The notes under the pieces were generated by a model, which worked only from the letters and a program-made list of their open reading frames with translations, was not told the DNA's origin and did no database searches. From Octopus vulgaris (Eukaryota), in contig OX597816.1 of NCBI GenBank assembly GCA_951406725.2, positions 48,732,001 through 48,796,000 of the forward strand: a stretch of DNA of 64,000 bases. The letters run 5' to 3'. Positions 55,292-64,000 of the stretch are shown in pieces; position 1 is the first letter of the stretch; each line of letters begins with the position of its first letter. The position numbers were made by a program, and so were the translations under genes.

Positions 55292-55560
55292 TACCTCTGG
55301 ATATTCTTGTTGCGTATTTTGATTATATATATATATATATACATACATACATACATACATACCATTGTGTGAGAGAGAGAGAGAGTTTAGGGGATAAGTT
55401 TCCAGGTCGATACAGTTGTAGCTCTCAGCGATGTTCCAGGTTACGGCCAACCGCATCGATTAGTATTTAACATCTATGACTACTAGGAGTTGTCACTCAC
55501 GCTGTAAATTTCCCCGTGTTCACTTCGATGGATGGTAATATATTCTCTATCGTTATAATT

Positions 55561-55654
<94 letters not shown>

Positions 55655-55995
55655 CATACATGCACACATACGTGAATAAGCACAAGTTTATACTAAAGTG
55701 TCTATGTACAATTCACCATTACGGTTGTTTGGAGTCCTGCGATAGTTGTTCCAAATGCCTACAGATGCTCAACCACAGCAGATCCTTAGGGAACACTTTA
55801 TTTATATGCGCGTGCGCGTGTATGTGTGTGTGTGTGTCTAAGAGACAGAGAGAGTATGTATGCGTATGTGTGTGTGTATGTGGATTCTTTGTTTCACATC
55901 TAATTCTCTAACTATTTCTCTTTGACAATGAATTTCTCTACAGTTATATAATTGTTTATGCAATTTGTTATTGGTTTTCTTTTCTTTTCATTTAG

Positions 55996-56091
55996 TGCTT
56001 TTGGGGTTTAGTCGAAGAGTTGACTCACTCAGAAGTAGTGAACGACATCAAGAAATACTCTGGTTCCAAAGAGTACAGACAATGGTGTATG
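55996..56091 (+). CDS. RUN-domain protein exon 3 (CFWGLVEELTHSEVVNDIKKYSGSKEYRQWCM), 96 nt, phase 0 to 0
   Basis: Acceptor tttcttttcatttag, donor gtaagt; FW..V..LTH resembles the RUN FW block (cf. PLEKHM1 FWPLLKAVTH). Confidence 0.88.
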
Positions 56092-56191
56092 GTAAGTCTT
56101 TAAGATTTAACAGTTTATTTTAAATTTATTAAAGCAAAAAAATGATATTATGCCCCCAATAACATAATATTCATTCTTAATACGTACCATC

Positions 56192-56506
56192 GGAGGCGCA
56201 ATGGCCCAGTGGTTAGGGTAGCGGACTCGCGGTCGGAGGATCGCGGTTTCGATTCCCAGAACAAGCGTTGTGTGTGTTTATTGAGCGAAAACACCTAAAA
56301 TCTCCACGAGGCTCCGGCAGGGGGTTGTGGCAACCCCTGTTGTACTCTTTCGCCCCAACTTTCTCTTACTCTTTCTTCCTGTTTCTTGAGTAACGCTGCG
56401 ATGGACTGGCGTCCCGCCCAGCTGGGGAGAACACATACGCCACAGAAACCGGGAAACCAGGCCCATGAGCTTGGCTATGCTTGAAAAGGGCGCATAAATA
56501 AATAAA
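56192..56506 (+). mobile_element. SINE family D, tRNA-derived head (probably Arg), full length with TSD
   Basis: A/B-box-like TGGCCCAGTGG / GGTTTCGATTCCC; 13-bp TSD AATACGTACCATC; starts 100 bp after the exon 3 donor. Confidence 0.85.
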
Positions 56507-57048
56507 AATACGTACCATCAGATTCGAACGTGAACATGTTCATCGTTTTTGTATTTCGTCATTGAAGAACATCTACTTTCAGGCAAATGTGTGTTCTTAA
56601 CACACTTCATTGAAGTGTACTTTGGGACATTCAGTGTTTCGACATCATTGTGTCTCCTCAGCCAAAGCTTCCATCCCCGGACTAATGAATCTAACAAGAG
56701 GTCATGGCTCTTCTTTATAAATTCTGAAAGCAAATTATTTGCTGTTGCATGTTAAGATACAGACAGGCATCTCGTGAAGGGTATACGTTGTGATCTCGGT
56801 CATTTATACTTCAGGGAAACCGGGTAACTGGCCCTGTGAGCCCTGGGACTGGAGACTAATGTCCATGTCTTTGCTGATATCAGGCAATCAAAAGTACATA
56901 TTTTATACTTATGTACTGTAAAATATTTCATTAAGATGTTTGAGGTACTTTAATTTAATACTTTTCAATTCTGAAATTACGTCATCTAAGAGAACTAGAT
57001 TATTCGTTCGCCCGTTATACTTTAGTTAGTTAGAGAGGTGGAGTAAAG

Positions 57049-57083
<35 letters not shown>

Positions 57084-57429
57084 TGTGTGTGTGAGTGAGT
57101 GAGTGAGTGTGTGTGGGGAGAAATGTAAGAAGAGAAGAAAGAAGAGAGGAGTATAATAATACACTAAGGCCAAATGCATCAAGTGGTTAGTTGAAGGGAG
57201 AGGCGAAGAACGAGAGAGAAAGACAGTGAGAGAAAAGTGGGAAAGAGAAGCGTTAATGACGCGGTGTAGAGTGGGGAGGGAATGGTAAAGAGAAATAGAG
57301 AAATGTTAAAGTCATGAAGATGGGATTAACATGGTTAAAATGTTTGTTGAAGAGGTAAAGAGAAAGAGAGAAAGATAAGATGCTTAGCAGAGGGAAATTT
57401 TAATATTTTGACTGGAAGTGTAATGACTT

Positions 57430-57945
57430 CATCATCATCATTGTTCGACCGTGGTCGAGACAGTAGAATTTACCATGCCACGCCAGACTTCACGGTCCAT
57501 CATGGCATTACGGAGGTCCTGTTGCTGGATGCCTGTATCCCTGGAGATTACATCAGGGTAGGAGAGTGTGCGCCCTCTGGTATTGCGAGAAGATTGCTTC
57601 CAGAGGAGAAGAGTAGAAATTACTTCTTTTTCAGCTCTACAACAATGTCCAGCAAACTGGACTCTCCTACCTTTCACAAGAGGTGACACAGGTGGTAGTT
57701 TCCCATATATTTGCATTTTGGTTGGATGGCGCTTCCACGAGAGATTTTGAGCTCTCATAAGGAGACGAGTGTAGGTTCCATCCAACCGCCTCTCAAGCTT
57801 CTTTGATAACGTCCAGGTTTCTGAGCCATATAGCAGAATTGGTTCGACTGTGGCTTTGAAGATTTCAAGTTTGAAGTCTCTACTTAGATTTGATGACCAG
57901 ATCTTATGCATGTCATTACAGGCTGACCAGGCCATACCCTTTCTA
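57430..57945 (-). mobile_element. 5'-truncated RTE-clade LINE, same family as 41006-41373
   Basis: Open ORF with PILLYGSETW motif, (GAT)n tail, 8-bp TSD AATGACTT at 57422-29 and 57946-53. Confidence 0.92.
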
Positions 57946-58425
57946 AATGACTTAATAAAAAAATAAATAAAGATTTTTTAAAAGTAAAAGTAAGAATCAT
58001 CCTTTCTTTCGTAAATAGCTTCTCTTAACCTTTTACGTTCTATTGAAATTTTCTCAGGTCCCACAATTAAACAGTTATTGATTTAACCCAATTAAATTAT
58101 ATCTCCATTATCAAATTTTCACAGCAAATATTAACCATAAAGATCTGACCTCCACCAATTTTTTCAGCCTTAATGTAAAATTTATTTTTAAAAAGTATGA
58201 ATGAATAAGCGAATCTATGATATAGAATAAGTACTAGACTTACAAAGAATAAGTTCTGGGGTTGATTTGTTCGACTAGAGGCTGTGCTCCAGCACGGCCA
58301 CAAACAAATGACTGAAACAAATAAAAGAGAAGAAAAGAAAGAGATATATTAACATTATATATACATATAAGAGAATTGGAAAAGTACTTATGTGAAATTT
58401 GCCTCCTCTGGTTCCTTGAAAATAA

Positions 58426-58462
<37 letters not shown>

Positions 58463-58464
<2 letters not shown>

Positions 58465-59217
58465 ATAATAAGGGTAAATAATTTCTATAATGGTTTTTAA
58501 AAAAAGACCACAATTATTTACTGGTAGAATTCGGTATGTAAATATAGCCGATTACCGGCAGGAACTTCTGTAAAGTTCAGTATATATATTGTATATAAGA
58601 AAAAGGGACAGGCAACAGGTTGCTTGACCGCATACCGAAAAAAGTAGAAATAGCAGTCAAAAATGCTTATTTCTAATTTCCACAAATGGGGCTCCATGCA
58701 CGACAAACCCTGTAATTCACATATGCAAAACAGAAGGAATAGATATTCGAAAACGAAGTCTGGTGGTTATCTGTAAACATCATGTTTCTGGATTATAAAC
58801 ATATTGAATATATATTTCATATATACTTTTGATATATATTTCATATATATTGCATATATATTTCACATCCTTCTTCAGCACAGCTTTCCATTGAAATAGA
58901 TTTATCATAGATTTATCAAATGCTACGTACCTCAAACCTTCTGACCATGCTACATCAAAATATTTGAAGAAAGCGAGCAAAGGCTAAACCTACATAGACG
59001 TTTGAATTCATAAATCTTCCCTCCAAAATTTTGCCATGCGCACTACAAAAATAGTTCCATAGGAGTAGGAACTATTGGGTTGTCGTAAGGGAGTGAAAAA
59101 TCCAATTAGTAATATAATAATAAGGGTAAATAATTTCTATAATGGTTTTTAAAAAAAGACCACAATTATTTACTGGTAGAATTCGGTATGTAAATATAGC
59201 CGATTACCGGCAGGAAA
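58463..59217 (-). mobile_element. Element with ~100-bp terminal direct repeats (probable PLE pLTR / retrozyme-like)
   Basis: TAATAATAAGGGTAAATAATTTC...CCGGCAGGAA occurs at ~58463-58564 and ~59116-59217 and encloses a hammerhead-like motif. Confidence 0.5.
58771..58883 (-). ncRNA. Hammerhead-like motif (type I, GUU triplet) in a direct-repeat-flanked element
   Basis: Minus strand CTGTG-CTGAAGA-aGGAT...ATCCa-GAAA-CATGATG-TT-TACAG; stem I CTGTG/TACAG, stem II GGAT/ATCC. Confidence 0.5.
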
Positions 59218-59705
59218 TATAGTTAGTTAGTTAATCCAAACAAGAAAACACAGAAAAAAAGAGAAAAGAACACAGCAACGCAGGACGTGGAACAGTTAAA
59301 GTATTATTGACGCTCAGGAAAGAAGGGAAGGAGGGTTTAACGTTTCGAGCGGAGGTCTTCGTCGGAAACAAGGAGAAGGAAAGATCCCAAGATATATATA
59401 TATATCACGTGATCACGTGACTGACCAGACCATCACATGTTGCTACACATCGCTGGCTACAATGCGTTCGTATTGTTTTAGTCTTCGAATGACACCATTC
59501 TCGCTGGGTAAGCGAGCAGGCCAACAGAAGAAAGAGTGGTGAAAGAGTACAGCATGGGATCACCACCCCCTGCCGGAGCCTCGTGGAGCTTTTAGGTGTT
59601 TTCGCTCAATAAACACTCACAACGCCCGGTCTGGGAATCGAAACCACGTTCCTACGACCGCGAGTCCGCTGCCCAAACCACTGGGCCATTGCACCTCCAC
59701 ACACA

Positions 59706-59818
<113 letters not shown>

Positions 59819-60487
59819 ATTTCTGAGTACCTTATTTTTTTCTAATATATATATATATATATACACATATAAATATACGTACATACATGTTTTGTTGGCA
59901 CCCCGTCGATTACGACGACGACGGTTCCATTTGATCCGATCAACGGAACAGCCTGCTCGTGAAATTAACGTGCAAGTGGCTGAGCACTCCACAGACACGT
60001 GTAGCCTTAACGTAGTTCTCAGGGGAGATTCAGCGTAACACAGAGTGTGACAAGGCTAGCCCTTTAAAATACAGGTACAACAGAAACAGGAAGATAGAGT
60101 GAGAGAAAGTTCTGGTGAAAGAGTACAGCAGGGTTCACCCCACCCCCCACCCTCTGCCGGAGCCTCGTGGAGCTTTAGGTGTTTTCGCTCAAAAAACACT
60201 CACAACGCCCGGTCTGGGAATCAAAACTGCGATCGTACGACCGCGAGTCTGCTGCCCTAACCACTGGGCCATTGCGCCTCCACACGTACATACATACATA
60301 CATACATACATACTTACATATATATATACATATATACGACGGGCTTCTTTCAGTTTCCGTCTACCAAATCCACTCACAAGGCTTTGGTCGGCCCGAGGCT
60401 ATAGCAGAAGACACATGCCCAAGATGCCACGCAGTGGGACTGAACCCGGAACCATGTGGTTGGTTAGCAAGATACTTACCACACAGC

Positions 60488-60547
<60 letters not shown>

Positions 60548-60575
60548 ACTATAAACAGTTTGTGAATAATATATC

Positions 60576-62671
60576 GGATCTTTTCCTTTTGAAAGCCAGA
60601 TTTTCTTAGTTAACTAAACAATTTGAAACTTCGTATACTGGTAGAATGTGTCAAAAGAAAACATAATTGTAAACCAAAATGAAAACGGAATTGTAATTTC
60701 TAAGTTTAACGTTGTTTAAAAATTCGAATTTTAACCAATGATATTCTTTCTTTCGGCCTCATATTATTTACTGCTTCTCAAAATATTGTTACTGTGACGT
60801 AAACAGCTATTTTGTGACGTAGTTAACATAGCTAAAATGTAAACATCACCGTCCCATATAACAAAGTCCTAAACAGACAGAATAATAATGAAAATACGGC
60901 GGGCTTTCGAAATAGCTGTCGAGAATAAAATGAAATTTCGATGGTAAATTTTTGGAGGGGTTTCGGTAATTTTCGTCACTCTAAAATACATGTAATTCGA
61001 ATTCAATCTTATTTTTCTGAAAAATCCACGTTTTAAAACATTTTAACTGCCCACCACTTCATCGTGCCTTTGGAGTAGGTGTCACACTTTGGATGGTCAA
61101 ACCTAGAATACCTTTCATCATAGGTAATTGCTTGGAGTTCACCTTGAGAGCTAAAACTATATATTTAGTTTCGATATAAAAAATAAAATTGCACAAAATT
61201 TTGGCACAAGACCAACAATTTGGGAGGAGGGGTTAATCGATTACATTGACTGGTACTTAATTGATCATGAAAGGTAAAGTCGACGACGACGGTAACGTGA
61301 GGAGTCGTAAGAAATGCCACAAGGTATTTTGTCCGACGCACGAACAATTCTGCCAGCTTGCCCCACCCTCTTCCTTAATAATATTTCTTTCCCCAGTAAG
61401 TACAAGGCCTGAAGCTGATGGGAAGAACTAGTCGATTGTATTCAACTGGTACTTATTCTATAAGCGCCGCCCGAAAGAAGGAAAGCTCAGCAATATTCGA
61501 ACACGGAACGTAAAGATTCGTAAGAAATGACGCTAGGCATTTTATCCGATGCACTACCGATTCTGCCAGCTTTACATTATATTTTTCGTCGAAGTTTAAC
61601 TATGTCACCTTGATGATATATTTTTACCCGTGGACAAATAATAGAGATAATGTGGATCAGATGATATTACATGCTGACAAGGGCTTGGTAAAGGACTGTT
61701 AGAATGTTTAGGGATACGGTCCTATACGTTCGGGTTTCAACCCTCACCGGAATTCAAAACAAGCCGTCTGTTCTTCCACGGTCGAGAAAATACATCGATC
61801 AAGTATTGGAGATCGATATAACTGATTATACCCTCCACTCACCCCAAAATATATGCTTTGTGTCTATAATCAATATTACAAATATATTGTTATTGCTATT
61901 TAACTCAGGTCATTCTGATAAACCCGGTTGAGGATCAAAGGGTTCCAACTATGACCAACCCGTATTTTTGCGCCCCCCCCCTTTTCAGATATAGCATCTA
62001 TGATTATATTAGCCAATGTACCCTTCCTTTAACCCAGTAGTATATGGTTTTAAGGGGATTTGGGTGTTATTCCAAGCACATCGACGAGCGAAAACGCAGA
62101 GGGGCCCTGATTATGTGCGAGTATTCGTATGGATGGGTACGTGTGTGTATGTGGGTGCATACAAGCCAAATAACCGGTTCAAGGCGTGTGTCAAACTGAA
62201 GAATCAAAGCGTGTGCACAAGTTTATAGTAAATATATACATTGTATAGAGAAAACACCCAAAGCCTATACAAAAACACTGAATATGTGTTTATTATTCAT
62301 CCAAAGTAAACAGTACGTGTGTAGGCACGTTTGTTGTCCACATATATATTTATTAAAGACGAAACGAATAATAATTTTATACAAAACGAATAACTTTCAA
62401 ATTCTATAAAGCAATGCAAGTCAAGCTTTCAAATCGAATTTAGCTGTTTACATTAACAACGTCACAAAACAGCTGTTTACGTCACAGTAACAATATGTTT
62501 AGACGGGGCAAATAATTTCAACTCAATACAGAGAATACGATTGGTTAAAATTCGCAGATTTAAACTACGTTTAAACTTATAAAATACATTTTTGTCAAAA
62601 AAACTAGTTGAAATTATTGTTTTCTTTTGACACATTCTACCATTATACGAAGTTTCAAAAAGAAAAGATCC
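60576..62671. mobile_element. Older related foldback element with ~260-bp inverted arms and internal insertions
   Basis: GGATCTTTTC... at 60576 and ...GAAAAGATCC at 62671; shares GGTAGAATGTGTCA with the 37052 family; TSD only partial. Confidence 0.6.
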
Positions 62672-62756
62672 AATATGGATCTGCTCCCATTTATTAACAA
62701 ATGACACTCGGATATAGGGGTCATCATTACATCATTTTGAACTTTTCTTTTCATAG

Positions 62757-62830
62757 ATCTGGGTACTTCAAGTCATAGACGAAGGAATGCTGTCTTGTTA
62801 CTTGACATCCATGAACGTTAAACTGTTATC
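62757..62830 (+). CDS. RUN-domain protein exon 4 (IWVLQVIDEGMLSCYLTSMNVKLL + TC), 74 nt, phase 0 to 2
   Basis: Acceptor ttttcttttcatag, donor gtaagt; W.....DEG.L..YL matches the RUN block AWL.LALNE..L.SYL. The gene continues beyond the window. Confidence 0.88.
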
Positions 62831-63463
62831 GTAAGTACATAATGCTTATCTCTGTCTTATCACATGTTTCTTTGCACACGCGCAAATCTAATCTAATAAA
62901 TGCGAAAACTATTTTCTGTGTCAGTGTGTCACACTTAGAACCTCTCTCTCACTATTCAATGACACTCCTACTATTCCCCATGATGGGGTGAAGAGTAATA
63001 GTAAGCATAGAGACGGTGAGGGTGGTGGCGAAGACACAAAGAGAGAGAAAGAGAGACAAAGAAATCTAGGGAGAGTTGACGATGTTGTATTAAAAGTAGT
63101 AGTGTTGATAGTGGTAGTAGGAGTAATAATAAAAGAGAAAGATTGGGTATGTGAGAGAAAGAGGGAGCTGATGTCCAACTTCGTTAAGCCATGTCTCTTT
63201 GACAGAAATTGCTGTCGCCAACATACTGAATATAAATGATACATTTTAATGATGACCACACCTCACCCTTTTTTTCATTCTATTCCCCATTCTAAAAGAG
63301 GTCACCATTCTTGAACTCATAGCTTATGCCAGTAGCTATACAATGGTAAAAAAAATAAATAAATAGACGGTAAAAAACATTCCAAATTGAAAAGAAACCC
63401 CCTCTCTCTCTACCTATCTATCCGTCTGTCCATCCATCCATCCATCCATCCATCCATCCATCC

Positions 63464-63528
<65 letters not shown>

Positions 63529-64000
63529 GTTGTGGTGGTGGTAGCCGGGGCAGTCATGGATGATGGTGATAGTAAATGATGTAAAAGACAGTGGTGATGG
63601 GGTGGAGGGGACGGCGGCGGAGTCAGAAGTCTGAATGGCGTGCGTATGACAGTTGTGGTGGCGATGGTGGTGGTACTGGTGATAGTGATGGATGAAAGCA
63701 ATCAACAGAGAGAGTGAGAGAGAGATTAGATAAAAAAAAACTGTACTGACTCCCGAATAGGAAGACAGAAATGTTGTTTATCATGCAGCTTTGCAATAAG
63801 TTCCAAGTCAACAAATTATATATTTCTTTATTGCCCACAACGGGCTAAACATAGAGGGGACAAACAAGGACAGATACACGGATTAAGTCGATTACATCGA
63901 CACCAGTGCGAAACTGGCACTTCATTTATCGACCCCGAAAGGATGAAAGGCAAAGTCGACCTCGGCGGAATTTGAACTCAGAACGTAACGGCAGACGAAA

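Larger units (their letters stand above)
54781..55327. mobile_element. Inverted pair of probable Penelope-like pseudo-LTRs
   Basis: About 190-bp inverted arms (54878-55068 / 55139-55327), each carrying a hammerhead motif; flanked by (TA)n. Confidence 0.6.

Noticed and set aside
56192-56265. tRNA-like sequences with A/B boxes (also 46875, 19787, 9745-9815)
   Set aside because: SINE heads followed by SINE bodies, some with TSDs; no proper acceptor stem.
56518-56755. Short ORFs on both strands
   Set aside because: No motif or splice signals recognised.

Overview
AT-rich, microsatellite- and transposon-dense animal DNA. The repeat families (tRNA-derived SINEs, Meta-domain SINEs, CR1/RTE/R4 LINE fragments, Penelope-like pieces) point to a coleoid cephalopod, most likely Octopus; this is inferred, not proven. 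Almost all ORFs in the supplied track are microsatellite artefacts. Four short + strand exons that the track does not show in frame (30217-30331, 44326-44398, 55996-56091, 62757-62830) have canonical AG/GT sites and compatible phases. They splice into the N-terminal ~115 aa of a RUN-domain protein that continues past the window. The rest is nested TEs: a full-length decayed mariner with an RTE inserted, several non-autonomous Helitrons, palindromic MITEs, a Dong/R4 fragment in (TAA)n, a Gypsy gag relic, a probable solo LTR and many SINEs. Most notable: an inverted pair of minimal type I hammerhead ribozyme motifs in intron 2 (one in sense), plus further hammerhead-like motifs; a covarying 3' stem-loop shared by CR1 LINEs and a SINE family; a SINE that appears to insert into itself, forming 184-bp tandem units; and an apparent CpG-density step at about 33-36 kb. 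All comparisons were made by eye.
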